DNA from: Thermoanaerobaculia bacterium
GTDB lineage: Bacteria > Acidobacteriota > Thermoanaerobaculia > UBA5066 > Gp7-AA6
Length of the DNA: 64,000 nucleotides
Assembly: GCA_036493875.1 (NCBI GenBank)
Contig: DASXPB010000013.1
Span: 4,377-68,376 of the forward strand
Direction: 5' to 3'
Below, one piece after another: positions 49,282 through 60,100 of the stretch. The notes beneath the pieces were generated by a model. That model saw only the letters and a list, made by a program, of their open reading frames with translations. It was not told the DNA's origin and searched no databases. The position numbers and the translations under genes are program-made. How positions within the stretch are numbered: the stretch's first letter is position 1; each line of letters begins with the position of its first letter.

Positions 49282-49308
49282 AAGATCCCGAGGATCGAAG
49301 GAGGACGG

Positions 49309-50727
49309 ATGAAGGGGCAGAAACTCGCCCGGATCGCTCTGGCCGCCGGCGCTCTCGCGGTGTTTCTCCTGTCGCGCGCCGCTCGCGCCTCGCCGCCCGA
49401 GGCGGACGCGGACGCCGCGTTCCGGGAGCGGGTGGACCGCGCCGTCGCGGAGGTCCTGGCGTCGACCGGTTCGCCGAGCGCCTCGATCGCGATCGTGAAA
49501 GACGGCAAGATCGCCTACGTCAGGACCTACGGCGACGCCAAGCTGTCGCCGAAGGCGCCGGCCGGTCCCGAGATGCGCTACAGCATCGGGTCGAACAGCA
49601 AGCAGTTCACCGCGACGGGGATTCTGATGCTCGCGGAGGAGGGCAAGCTGTCGCTCGACGATCCCGTCTCCCGCTTCGTGCCCGACCTGACGCGCGCCGG
49701 AGACGTCCGCGTCCGTCAGCTCCTTTCCCACACGTCCGGCTACCAGGACTACTGGCCGCAGGACTACGTGCCGCCCTTCATGACGCAGCCGGTCACCGCG
49801 GCCGAGATCCTGAACCGCTGGGCGAAGAAGCCCCTCGACTTCGAGCCGGGAACGCAATACCAGTACAGCAACACCGGGTACGTCATCGCGGGAGTCATCC
49901 TGGAGAAGGCGAGCGGCGAGAAGCTGCTGCCGTTCCTCACGGCCCGCATCTTCAGGCCTCTGGAGATGAACGGCGTCGTCAACGTCGACCAGGACCGGCT
50001 AACCGAGAGCGATCCCGTCGGCTACCTGCGCTACGCGCTGGGTCCGTCGCGGCCGGCGCCGAAGGAGGGCAAGGGCTGGCTGTTCGCGGCCGGAGAGCTG
50101 GCGATGACCGCGGAGGATCTGGCGAAGTGGAACGTCGGCATGCTCGAGCATCGGCTGCTCAAGCCGGAGTCCTACCGTGAGATGCAAACCGAGGTCCTGT
50201 TGAAGAGCGGCCTCGGGGCGGGGTACGGTCTGGGTCTCGACGTCCAGAAGGTGGCCGGCCACCGCGCGCTCGCGCACGGCGGCGCGGTGTCGGGCTTCAC
50301 GTCGCACAACACCGTGTTCCCCGACGACGGCGCCGCGATCACGGTGCTGACGAACGGCGAGACGGTCGCCCCGGATCGCATCACCGAGCGGATCGCGCCG
50401 CTGCTCTTCGAGAAGCGGGACGCGGTCGCCGGGAGCGAGAAGCGGGCCCGCGAGATCCTCTCCGGCCTTCAGGCGGGCAGGATCGACCGGTCCCTGTTCA
50501 CGGCCAACGCCAACAGCTACTTCACCGACCAGGCCGTGGGCGACTTCGCGGCGAGCCTCGCCCCGCTTGGATCTCCGACCGCGCTCAAACAGACGCAGCA
50601 GAACGACCGCGGCGGCATGACGTACCGTCTCTTCAAGGTCACGTATCCGAAGAAGGCGGTCGATGTCTGGGAGCGGGACATGCCGGACGGCAAGATCGAG
50701 CAGTTCCAGGTGGGGGCCGCCGACTAG
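49309..50727 (+). CDS. serine hydrolase, beta-lactamase/S12 peptidase family
   Basis: ggagga RBS. SxxK (SNSK), YSN-like (YQYSNTGY), and HGG-like (AHGGAVSG) motifs. Confidence 0.85.
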   Translation: MKGQKLARIALAAGALAVFLLSRAARASPPEADADAAFRERVDRAVAEVLASTGSPSASIAIVKDGKIAYVRTYGDAKLSPKAPAGPEMRYSIGSNSKQFTATGILMLAEEGKLSLDDPVSRFVPDLTRAGDVRVRQLLSHTSGYQDYWPQDYVPPFMTQPVTAAEILNRWAKKPLDFEPGTQYQYSNTGYVIAGVILEKASGEKLLPFLTARIFRPLEMNGVVNVDQDRLTESDPVGYLRYALGPSRPAPKEGKGWLFAAGELAMTAEDLAKWNVGMLEHRLLKPESYREMQTEVLLKSGLGAGYGLGLDVQKVAGHRALAHGGAVSGFTSHNTVFPDDGAAITVLTNGETVAPDRITERIAPLLFEKRDAVAGSEKRAREILSGLQAGRIDRSLFTANANSYFTDQAVGDFAASLAPLGSPTALKQTQQNDRGGMTYRLFKVTYPKKAVDVWERDMPDGKIEQFQVGAAD

Positions 50728-50810
50728 GCGGGGAGGAGAGCGAAAAAACGGTCCGAGCCCGCTTTGGACGCGTGGGGCTCAGGCTCGGACCGTGGTCGAG
50801 ACCTCAGGAA

Positions 50811-51284
50811 TTACTGGGCCGGCTCCTCCGAGAGGCTGGCGCCGCCCTTCCCGCCGCGCGACTCCATGCAGGACTGCACGGCGCTCTGCTGGTCGGGGTG
50901 CAGCTGGGCGAGGATCTTGTCGTGAGTTTCCTTGTGGTCGCTCTTGATCTTGTTCATCGCCGCGTCCTTGTCGAGGACGTCCTGTCCGAGGACGCTCTTG
51001 TCGGCGCCGCTCGCGAGGTCGTTCTGAAGCTTGTCCTGGGCCGCCTTCAGCGCGGCGAACTCGGCCTGGAAGGTGGGTCGGGCGTCGGACTGGATCTGCT
51101 CGATGGCGGCCTGCTGCTCGGTCGAGAGACCGGCGGAGGCGAGGCACTTCTGGAAGTGTCGGGCGGCGAAGCCCCGCCCGCCGTGGCCGTAGCCCGCGGC
51201 CGCCGGGCCGTCCGCCATGGCGGTCGCGGCGAGGCCGGCGACTCCGATCAGGGCCGATGCGAAGAGACGAGGGAACCGGTTCAT
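50811..51284 (-). CDS. Spy/CpxP/ZraP-family periplasmic chaperone (LTXXQ)
   Basis: aaaggag RBS, signal peptide, LSTEQQAAIEQIQ LTXXQ motif. Confidence 0.7.
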   Translation of the reverse strand: MNRFPRLFASALIGVAGLAATAMADGPAAAGYGHGGRGFAARHFQKCLASAGLSTEQQAAIEQIQSDARPTFQAEFAALKAAQDKLQNDLASGADKSVLGQDVLDKDAAMNKIKSDHKETHDKILAQLHPDQQSAVQSCMESRGGKGGASLSEEPAQ

Positions 51285-51480
51285 TGTGTGATCGCTCCTT
51301 TTCGTCGGCCACCGGAAACCGTTCCGGCGCCTTCGTTTCACACATAAAGACGGCCGGGGGGCATCGAAGATTACGCCCGCCGCCGAAATTCCGGGGGGGC
51401 CGCTCGGGTCTCGGGCGGGCCTCCGGCAGCCGTCCGCGGCGGCACCGATTTCGCATCTCCGAGAAGTAAGAGGAGGAGCC

Positions 51481-51924
51481 ATGCAAACGACGCGGCCCCC
51501 CTACCGGGAAGTGACGTATGCGCTGATGCGGTTGGTGCTGGGAGCGCTGTTCATCTGCCATGGGGCGCAGTTGCTTTTCGGCGCGTTCGGCGGCCCGGCG
51601 GCCGACAAGCCGCTGATGGTCGCGGGCGGCGTGATCGAGTTCTTCGGCGGGATCCTGATCGCGGTCGGCCTCATGACGCGCGGCGCCGCATTCCTGGCGT
51701 CCGGGACGATGGCCGTCGCCTATTTCCTGTCCCACGCGCCCAAGGGATTCTGGCCCATCGTCAACGGCGGCGAGATGGCGGTCTTCTATTGCTTCGCCTT
51801 CCTGTTCATCGCGGCGTACGGGGGTGGGCGGTTCAGCCTCGACGCCGTGGTCCGCCGGGCCAATGCCCAGCCCGACGAAGCCGGTGTCGGCGGGCACGTG
51901 ACCGTACCCGCGACTCGGGTCTAA
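51481..51924 (+). CDS. DoxX family membrane protein
   Basis: aagaggagga RBS. ...LMRLVLGALFICHGAQLLFG... DoxX topology. Confidence 0.8.
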   Translation: MQTTRPPYREVTYALMRLVLGALFICHGAQLLFGAFGGPAADKPLMVAGGVIEFFGGILIAVGLMTRGAAFLASGTMAVAYFLSHAPKGFWPIVNGGEMAVFYCFAFLFIAAYGGGRFSLDAVVRRANAQPDEAGVGGHVTVPATRV

Positions 51925-51959
51925 GATTTCCCACAGCGTCCTGATCCCGAGGAGGCGCT

Positions 51960-53990
51960 GTGGGTCCTCTCGCATGGTTCTCTCGTCGCCCCGGATCCGC
52001 GCTCGCCGCGGACCTGGCGAGAGGACTTCTGCTCGCGGCGCTCTACGTCTTCCTGGCGCGCTTCGGTCTGGGAAGACACGCGATCAACGTCTTCGCCACG
52101 CTGGTCTGGGCGCCGAGCGGCCTCGCGCTCGCGGCGATGCTGATCCTGGGGACGCGGTTCTGGCCGGCCATCTTCGTGGCGGCGACGGTCGTGAACCTCT
52201 GGACCGGCGCCCCGCTCCTCACCGCCGCCACGATCGGCGCCGGCAACACGCTCGAGGCGGTGCTCGGCGCCTGGGTCCTCCACCGCCTCCCGGACTTTCG
52301 CCGCTCGCTCGACCGGGTCGTCGATGCGGTCGGCCTGATCCTTCTCTCGGCCATCGGCAGCGCCGTCGTCAGTGCCACGATCGGCGTCGCGAGCCTGGCG
52401 CTGTCTGGCCTCGCGGCGCCGGCGAACTTCTACCGAACCTGGGGCGCATGGTGGCTGGGCGACGCGATCGGCATCCTCGTGGTCGCACCGCTGATCCTGA
52501 CGTGGATCCCGTCGCGCGAGGCGGCGTCCCGGCGTCCCCGGATGCTCGAGGGCCTGGCCCTTGCGGTCGCCATCGTGGGGATGAGCGTCTTTCTCTTCGG
52601 CACCACGCGGGGAGGGATGACCTCCCTCCTCGCGCCGCTGCTCGTCTGGGCGGCGCTCCGCTTCGAGCAGCGCGGTGCGGCGCTCGCGACGTTCGCGGTG
52701 GCGGCCGTCGCCCTCTGGGGCACCGAGCGCGGCCACGGTCCCTTCGCGCGCGGCACGATCGAGCTCTCCCTCTTCGACCTCCAGGCGTTCATCGGCGTCA
52801 CCGCGGCGACGTTCCTCGTGCTGGGGGCCGCCACCGCGGAGCGCCGCCGGGCGCGAGAAGAGTCGGAGGCCGCGAGCCAGGCGAAGGACCGTTTCCTCGC
52901 GACGCTGTCCCACGAGCTCCGAACGCCGCTGACGCCGGTCCTCGCGCTCTCTTCGGTCCTGGAGAAGAGCGCGTCCCTGCCGAGTTCGGTGCGCGCGCAG
53001 ATGGAGGTCATTCGCCGCAACGCCGAGCTCGAGGCACGACTGATCGATGACTTGCTCGACCTCACGCGCATCGCGCGGGGCAAGCTGCGGGTCAAGCCCG
53101 AGCCGGTTCGGCTGACCGAGGTCCTCGAGAGCGTGATCGAGATCTGCCAGCGGGAGGCCGCCTCCAAGGGCGTCCTGATCGAGCGCGAGGGAACCCTCGA
53201 CGACGTCGACGTGAACGCGGACCCGTCGCGGCTGCGGCAGATCCTCTGGAACGTGGTCAAGAACGCCGTGGAGTTCACGCCGCCGGGCGGACGCATCCGC
53301 GTGCGCACCGTTCCCGTCCCGGTCGATGCGCGGCGCATCGCCGTCGAGATCCAGGACAACGGCGCGGGCATCGATCCGTCCGACCTCGGCCGCATCTTCG
53401 AGCCCTTCGAGCAGGCGGGTCCGAGCAGCCGGGGGCTCGGCCTCGGGCTCTCGATCTCCCGGGCCCTGGCCGAGGCGCAGTCCGCGTCGCTCACGGCGGA
53501 GAGCGGCGGGCAGGGGCGCGGGGCCACGTTTCGCCTGGAGCTCCCGACGCTGACCGGCCAGGTCGCGGCGCCGCCGCCCGTGGCCCCACCGGCCAGAGGG
53601 TTCGCCCTCGAGAAGCGGCGCGTCCTGCTGGTCGAGGACCACATCGACACCCTGCGGGCGGCGCGCGCTCTCCTCGCGGAGCTCGACTGCGACGTCGTCG
53701 TGGCGAGCTCGGTTCGGGAGGCGATGGCGGCCGCCCGGACGCAGAGCTTCGACCTCGTCCTCTCGGACCTCGGTCTGCCCGACGGCAACGGCCTCGAGCT
53801 CATGGCGCACCTGCGCGAGCGGTACGGGCTGTCGGGCATCGCGGTGACCGGATACGGGATGGAGGAGGACGTCCGGCGCAGCCTCTCCGCCGGCTTCGTC
53901 GACCACCTGGTCAAGCCCATCACGTTTGCCCGGCTCGAGAGCGCGATCGACCGCTTTTTCGACCGGAAGAACTCGGCCAGGGTGGTGTAG
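51960..53990 (+). CDS. hybrid sensor histidine kinase/response regulator with MASE1 membrane sensor domain
   Basis: gaggagg RBS plus GTG. Multi-TM MASE1-like N-terminus. H-box FLATLSHELRTPLT, N/G1/G2 boxes, and C-terminal REC (VLLVEDHIDT...DLVLSDLGLPDGNG...KP). Confidence 0.85.
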   Translation: MGPLAWFSRRPGSALAADLARGLLLAALYVFLARFGLGRHAINVFATLVWAPSGLALAAMLILGTRFWPAIFVAATVVNLWTGAPLLTAATIGAGNTLEAVLGAWVLHRLPDFRRSLDRVVDAVGLILLSAIGSAVVSATIGVASLALSGLAAPANFYRTWGAWWLGDAIGILVVAPLILTWIPSREAASRRPRMLEGLALAVAIVGMSVFLFGTTRGGMTSLLAPLLVWAALRFEQRGAALATFAVAAVALWGTERGHGPFARGTIELSLFDLQAFIGVTAATFLVLGAATAERRRAREESEAASQAKDRFLATLSHELRTPLTPVLALSSVLEKSASLPSSVRAQMEVIRRNAELEARLIDDLLDLTRIARGKLRVKPEPVRLTEVLESVIEICQREAASKGVLIEREGTLDDVDVNADPSRLRQILWNVVKNAVEFTPPGGRIRVRTVPVPVDARRIAVEIQDNGAGIDPSDLGRIFEPFEQAGPSSRGLGLGLSISRALAEAQSASLTAESGGQGRGATFRLELPTLTGQVAAPPPVAPPARGFALEKRRVLLVEDHIDTLRAARALLAELDCDVVVASSVREAMAAARTQSFDLVLSDLGLPDGNGLELMAHLRERYGLSGIAVTGYGMEEDVRRSLSAGFVDHLVKPITFARLESAIDRFFDRKNSARVV

Positions 53991-54088
53991 CGAGCCCGGA
54001 AGCGGGATCTCGAAGGAACCTTCGCCTCCCTCGAGCGTCAATCCCTGCGATGGCCGGAGCGCGCTCGCCCGGACCGAGGAGGAGGACC

Positions 54089-56542
54089 GTGGAAGACTTC
54101 GTTGCCGACGTACGGTTCGCGTGGCGCGGCCTGAGGCGCTCGCCCGGCTTCGCCGTGGCCGCCATCCTGACCCTGGCGCTCGGGATGGGCGCCACGACCG
54201 CGATCTTCTCGGTCATTCGGGCGGTCCTGATGTCCCCGCTGCCCTATGCGCAGCCCGAGCGGCGGGTCATGGTCTGGAGCCGCTGGAAGGACTTCCCCAA
54301 GACGTGGGTCGCCACGGGCGAGGTCGCCGACTACCGGCGCGCGATCCCGAGCTTCGCGAGCGTCGCGGCCTGGGAGATCGACCAGGCGAACCTGACCGGC
54401 GGACGCGATCCCGTCCGCGTCGGCGTCGCGGGGATCACGGCGAACACTTTCGAGACCCTGGGCGCGCGGCCGCAGCTCGGGCGGGGATTCACGGAGGCCG
54501 AGGATCGCCCCGGCGGCCCCCCGGTGATCGTCCTCGGATACGGCGTCTGGCAGAACCGCTTCGGCGGCGATCCGGGCGTGATCGACCAGGTGGTCGAGCT
54601 CGACGGCGTCGCGCGGCGCGTCGTCGGCGTGATGCCGCGCGGGTTCGCGCTGCCGACCGACTTCACCGAGGACGCGGCCGAGCCGACGCAGGTCTACGTC
54701 CCCGACCAGGTGGACTTCTCCCAGGGCGATCACGGCAACCACGGCTACTACGCGGCCGCCACGCTGGCGCCGGGGGCGACCGCCACGCGCGCCACCGCGG
54801 AGTTGAAGGCCCTCACAGCCGCCTCCACGCGAGCGGGTCTGTATCCGGAGCCGATGCGGTTCGACGCGTTCGCCGTGCCGGTCGAGGAGGAAATCCGCGG
54901 AGGCGCGCGCCGGGCGCTCGTCCTGGTCTTCGGCGCGGTCGGGTTCCTGCTGCTGATGGCCTGCGCCAACGTCGCCAACCTGCTCCTCGCGCGCGCGGAG
55001 GGCCGGCAGCGCGAGATCGCCGTGCGCGCGGCGATCGGAGCGGGCAAGGCGCGGCTGACCCGGCAGCTCCTGACCGAGAGCCTCGTGCTCGCGGCGGCGG
55101 GCGGGACCCTGGGACTCGCGCTCGCGTGGGCCGGCGTGAAGATCATCGCGGCCAGGGGGGCGGCCGGGCTGCCGGCGCTCTCGCCGATCGGGATCCACCC
55201 GCGGATGCTGCTGTTTGCCGCCGCGCTGATCCTCCTGACGACGCTCCTCTTCGGCTTCGCGCCGGCGGTGCAGACGCTGCGTCTGAACCTGACGGAGTCG
55301 CTGCGCGACGGCGCCATGAACGCGTCGTCCGGCCGCCGCCGGCAGAGCCTTCGCGCCGCGCTCGCGGGAGTCCAGATGGCGCTGGCGGTGGTGCTCCTCC
55401 TCGGCGCGGGGCTGATGCTCCGCACGCTCGACGCGCTGCTGCACGTCGACCTGGGCTTCCGGCCGGAGCACGTCCTGACGCTGCAGCTGAGGCCGCCCGA
55501 GGCGACCTACAAGACGCCCGAGTCCGTGGTCGCGTTCTACCGCGCGCTGCTCGAGCGCGTGCGCGGCCTGCCCGGAGTGCACGCCGCCGGCCTCGTGCGC
55601 TCGCTGCCGCTCGCCACGTCGATCGGCGACTGGGGGCTTGCCGTCGAGGGATACGTTCCACCCCCGGGCGTCAATGCCAAGGGCGACTGGCAGGTCGTAT
55701 CGGACGGCGCCTTCGAGGCGCTCGGCGAGCGGCTACTGCGCGGCCGAACTCTCCTTCCGAGCGATACCGCGGAGTCGCAGCCCGTGGTCCTGATCAACGA
55801 GACGCTCGCGCGGGCCTACCTCCCCGGCCAGGATCCGATCGGCCGGCGCATCCGCATGGGATCGAGCAACCCCAAGCGCCCGTGGCTGACGATCGTGGGT
55901 CTCGTCCGCGACGAGCGGCACAACGGCGTGACCGCCGCGATCAAGGAGAAATTCTTCGTGCCCTATGCGCAGTTCCCGGCCGCCCGCAGCGGCGACGCGG
56001 CCCGGGGCATGACGCTCGTGCTGCGCGTCGCCGGCGAGCCGATGCGGCTCGTGGACCCGATCCGCGCCGAGGTGCGCGGGCTCGACCCGCGCCTCCCGGT
56101 CGCCAACGTGCGGCTGATGACCGACGTGGTCGACGCGTCGATGGCCACGCCGCGTCTGACGGGGACGCTCCTCTCGATCTTCGCCGGCCTCGCCCTCGTC
56201 CTGGCTGCGGTCGGCGTGGCCGGCGTGCTGTCCTACCTCGTCAGCCGGCGGCGCCGCGAGATCGGGATCCGCATGGCGCTCGGCGCGTCGCGGGCCAACG
56301 TCCTCGCTCTCATCGTCCGGCGCGGCGTGCTCTACGCCGCCGTGGGCATTGCGGCCGGAGTCGCGGTAGCGCTCTTCCTGACGCGGCTGATGGAGGGGCT
56401 GCTCTTCGGCGTGGCGCCGCGCGACCCGTTCACGTTCCTGTCGGTCAGCGGGATCCTGCTCGTGATCGCGGCCGCGGCGAGCCTGGTTCCGGCTCTGCGC
56501 GCTTCGCGCGTCGATCCGCTGGAGGCGCTCCGCTCGGAGTGA
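54089..56542 (+). CDS. ABC transporter permease, duplicated FtsX (ADOP/MacB-like) family
   Basis: aggaggagga followed by GTG 54089 (EDFVADVRFAWRGLRRSPGFAV... parallels the other permease's N-terminus). Two FtsX modules. No ATPase nearby. Confidence 0.9.
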   Translation: MEDFVADVRFAWRGLRRSPGFAVAAILTLALGMGATTAIFSVIRAVLMSPLPYAQPERRVMVWSRWKDFPKTWVATGEVADYRRAIPSFASVAAWEIDQANLTGGRDPVRVGVAGITANTFETLGARPQLGRGFTEAEDRPGGPPVIVLGYGVWQNRFGGDPGVIDQVVELDGVARRVVGVMPRGFALPTDFTEDAAEPTQVYVPDQVDFSQGDHGNHGYYAAATLAPGATATRATAELKALTAASTRAGLYPEPMRFDAFAVPVEEEIRGGARRALVLVFGAVGFLLLMACANVANLLLARAEGRQREIAVRAAIGAGKARLTRQLLTESLVLAAAGGTLGLALAWAGVKIIAARGAAGLPALSPIGIHPRMLLFAAALILLTTLLFGFAPAVQTLRLNLTESLRDGAMNASSGRRRQSLRAALAGVQMALAVVLLLGAGLMLRTLDALLHVDLGFRPEHVLTLQLRPPEATYKTPESVVAFYRALLERVRGLPGVHAAGLVRSLPLATSIGDWGLAVEGYVPPPGVNAKGDWQVVSDGAFEALGERLLRGRTLLPSDTAESQPVVLINETLARAYLPGQDPIGRRIRMGSSNPKRPWLTIVGLVRDERHNGVTAAIKEKFFVPYAQFPAARSGDAARGMTLVLRVAGEPMRLVDPIRAEVRGLDPRLPVANVRLMTDVVDASMATPRLTGTLLSIFAGLALVLAAVGVAGVLSYLVSRRRREIGIRMALGASRANVLALIVRRGVLYAAVGIAAGVAVALFLTRLMEGLLFGVAPRDPFTFLSVSGILLVIAAAASLVPALRASRVDPLEALRSE

Positions 56543-56572
56543 GGCTCGGCCGCGACGAAGCGCCGAAAGTTT

Positions 56573-57052
56573 CTAAACCGAGGCTTCGAGCTCCTCGAGA
56601 AGCTTTTTCGGGGCGATCGATCGGTAGCTCTCGGCGATCCAGGCCTTGAGGATGTCGACCGGCGGAGCGTCCTTCGCCCCGAAGCTCGCCGAGACCCATC
56701 CGGCCTTCCCGAGGCCGTAGCCCGTGGGCTTGGTGAAGGGAAGCTCGAGAGCCTCCTCGCAGGAGACCGGCAGCTTGACGCTGAAACCCATCTCGCCGGC
56801 CGGGCCCTTCGCGGGCTCGCAGCCCAGGAACACGAAGACCTTTCCATTGACCTTGGCGACGCGCTCGCCCCACGGGAAATCCTCGGTCGCGCCGGGGAAG
56901 GCCATCGCGTAGTCGCGGAGCTCGCGGGCGAGCGACCGCAGGTTCGCGCTTCGCGCCGGGCTCTTGCGTAGCGACGCCGGACTCCTGCGCGGCGGCGGCG
57001 GCCGCGCGCTTCGCGCCGGCCGTGCTGCTGATTTCGCTTTGCGCTGGGGCAT
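56573..57052 (-). CDS. MmcQ/YjbR family DNA-binding protein with basic N-terminal tail
   Basis: ...LRDYAMAFPGATEDFPWGERVAKVNGKVFVFL... matches the YjbR fold. Start chosen at ATG 57052. Confidence 0.65.
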   Translation of the reverse strand: MPQRKAKSAARPARSARPPPPRRSPASLRKSPARSANLRSLARELRDYAMAFPGATEDFPWGERVAKVNGKVFVFLGCEPAKGPAGEMGFSVKLPVSCEEALELPFTKPTGYGLGKAGWVSASFGAKDAPPVDILKAWIAESYRSIAPKKLLEELEASV

Positions 57053-57114
57053 CGACTGCAGTCTATGCGATGGGCCCGGCACGAGACCGCGACGCCCCAT
57101 ATAATCCCGGACCC

Positions 57115-60100
57115 GTGACGCGCTGGCGACGGACCGTACGGGGAGTCGGAGCCGCGTTTCTGTTCGCGGCCGTCGCCGCGGCGCTCCCGGGCCAGGCCTA
57201 CGATTCCGAGCTCCTGTCGTCCCTGCGGTGGCGGATGATCGGGCCGTTCCGCGGCGGGCGCGTCCTGACCGCGGCCGGCGTTCCGGGAGAGCCCGACCGC
57301 TTCTACTTCGGCGCGGTCGGCGGGGGAGTCTGGCGGAGCGACAACGCCGGGCGCACGTGGCGGCCGATCTTCGACGGCCAGCCGATCGCCTCGATCGGCG
57401 CGATCGCAGTGGCGCCATCGAACCCGAGCATCCTCTACGTCGGCTCGGGCGAGGCGGACATGCGCTCCGACATCTCGTACGGAAACGGGATGTACAAGTC
57501 GACCGACGGCGGCGAGACGTGGCGGCGGATCGGGCTCGAGGACACCCGGCAGATCGGCAAGGTCGTCGTCGACCCGAAGGACCCGAACCGCGTCTTCGTC
57601 GCGGCGCTGGGGCACGCGTACGGTCCCAACGCGCAGCGCGGCGTCTTCCGCTCCACAGACGGCGGCGCGACGTGGTCGCGCGTCCTCTTCCACGACGAGA
57701 ACACCGGCGCGATCGACTTCGCCGTCGACCCGCGCGACTCGCGGACGCTGCTCGCCGCGCTCTGGCAGACGCGCCGGCCGCCCTGGAACGTCTACCCGCC
57801 GTCGAACGGCCCGGGCAGCGGGCTCTACCGGTCCGCCGACGGCGGCGACACCTGGAAACCCGTGGTCGGGACCGGTCTGCCGTCCGAGAAGCTCGGCCGC
57901 ATCCGGCTGGCGTTCGCGCCGAGCCGGCCGGGCCGCGTCTTCGCGCTGGTCGACGCGAAGCAGGGCGGCCTCTTCGTCTCCGAGGACGGCGGCCTCGCGT
58001 GGAAGCGCGTCAGCGGCGATCGCCGCATCTGGGAGCGGGGCTGGTACTTCGCGGGCGTGACGGTCGACCCGAAGAACGCCGACGTCGTCTACGCCTGCGA
58101 CACGGCGATGTACCGGTCGACCGACGGCGGGAAGACGTTCCTCCCGTTCAAGGGCGCTCCGGGCGGCGACGATTACCACCAGCTCTGGATCGATTCCGCC
58201 GACTCGCGCCGCATGATCCTCGCGAGCGATCAGGGCGCGGCGGTCAGCGTCGACGGCGGGCTCACGTGGAGCTCCTGGTACAACCAGCCGACGGCTCAGT
58301 TCTACCACGTCGCGACCGACGCGCAGTTCCCGTACTGGATCTACGGCGCGCAGCAGGACACGGGAGCGGCGGCGACGCCGGTGCGGACGGACACGATCGC
58401 GATGACGCAGCGCGACTGGCGTCCCATCGCGGCGGGAGGCGAGAACGGCTACATCGCGCCGGACCCGGCGCACCCCGAGATCCTCTTCGGCGGCGGCGTT
58501 GGGCGGTTCGACGCGACGACGCTCCAGGAGCAGGACGTGGATCCCACCCTGGCCCACCCGGGAAGCTACCGCGGCGAGTGGACGCTCCCGCTGTCGTTCT
58601 CGCCGCGGAATCCGAGCGCACTGTACTTCGGCAATCAGTTCGTCTTTCGCACGACCGACGCCGGCCGCCACTGGGATCGCATCAGCCCGGACCTGACGCG
58701 AGAGGCTCCCGAGGTGCCGGCCACTCTGGATTCCGTCACGGCGGAAGACTCGGCGGAGCGCGATCCGCGCCGCGGAGTGGTCTATGCGATCGCGCCCTCA
58801 TTCCTTCGCGACGGGATGATCTGGTGCGGCACCGACGACGGCCTCCTCTGGTTGACGCGCAATGACGGCGCGCACTGGGAGAACGTCACGCCGCCTGCGC
58901 TGACGGCGTGGTCCAAGGTCGGCGTCCTCGAGCCCTCGCACTTCGATCCCGAGGCCGCCTACGCCGCGATCGACCGGCACCGCCTCGACGACGTCGACGC
59001 CCACATCCTGCGGACGCGCGACGGCGGGAGAAGCTGGACCGAGATCGCCGCGGGGATCCCCTCCGGCAGCTACGTCAACGTCGTGCGCGAGGACCCGGAC
59101 CGCCGCGGCCTGCTGTACGCGGGGACGGAGACGGGAGTCTTCGTCTCCTTCGACGACGGCGATCACTGGCAGAGCCTCCAGGCGAACCTGCCGAACTGCT
59201 CGATCCGGGACATCTCGGTGCGGCAGGGCGACGTCGTGCTCGCGACGCACGGCCGCGCCTTCTGGGTCCTCGACGACGCGAGCCCGCTGCGTCAGCTCGA
59301 CGCGAACGTCACGGCCGCGCCGGTGTGGCTCTTCGCGCCGCGAAAGGCGATCCGGCTGAACCCGGCGCCCTTCCAGGGCACGCCCGATCCGAAGGACGAG
59401 CCCCGCGCGGAGAACCCTCCGAACGGCGCCGTCCTCGACTACGTGCTGAAGACCGCGTCGGCGACGCCCGTCTCGATCGAGATCCTCGATGCGAAGGGCG
59501 GGCGCGTCCGGAGATTCTCGAGCGACGACCCCGAGGAGGGGCCCGACCTGCAGAAGATTCAGACGACGCCGGACTGGTCCCCGGTGCGGCGGCCTCCCTC
59601 CGCGGCCGCCGGCGCGCACCGCTTCGTGTGGGACCTTCAGTACGAGACGCCGAAGGCGCTCGTGTCGCGGCGCCGCCGGGAGGCCGGCAGCCTCTGGGCC
59701 GCGCCGGGAAGCTACACGGTTCGTCTCACCACCGGTGGCCGCACCGTGCAGCAGCCGCTCGTCGTGGCACGGGATCCGCGCATCTCGGCGACCGATGCGG
59801 ACCTCTCACGCCAGCTCGAGCTCGCGCTGCAGATCCAGGCCGAGCGCGTGCGGGTCGCGGAGGCGCTCCGCGACGCGGATGGAATTCGCCGGCGCGTCGC
59901 GAGCCTGCCGCTGGCGGCCGACGACGCGGTGCGCCAGGCGCTCGCTTCGTTTTCGCGCGCGCTCGAGGACGCCGCCGGGCCGCCCGCCGAGTCCGAGGAG
60001 TTCTTCGAAGAGAACGAGGCCTCGCCGACGAATCTCCGCCGCATCGCGGCCCGGCTCGCGCGCTACGAGCGGACCGTCGAGAGCGCCGATGCGGCTCCGA

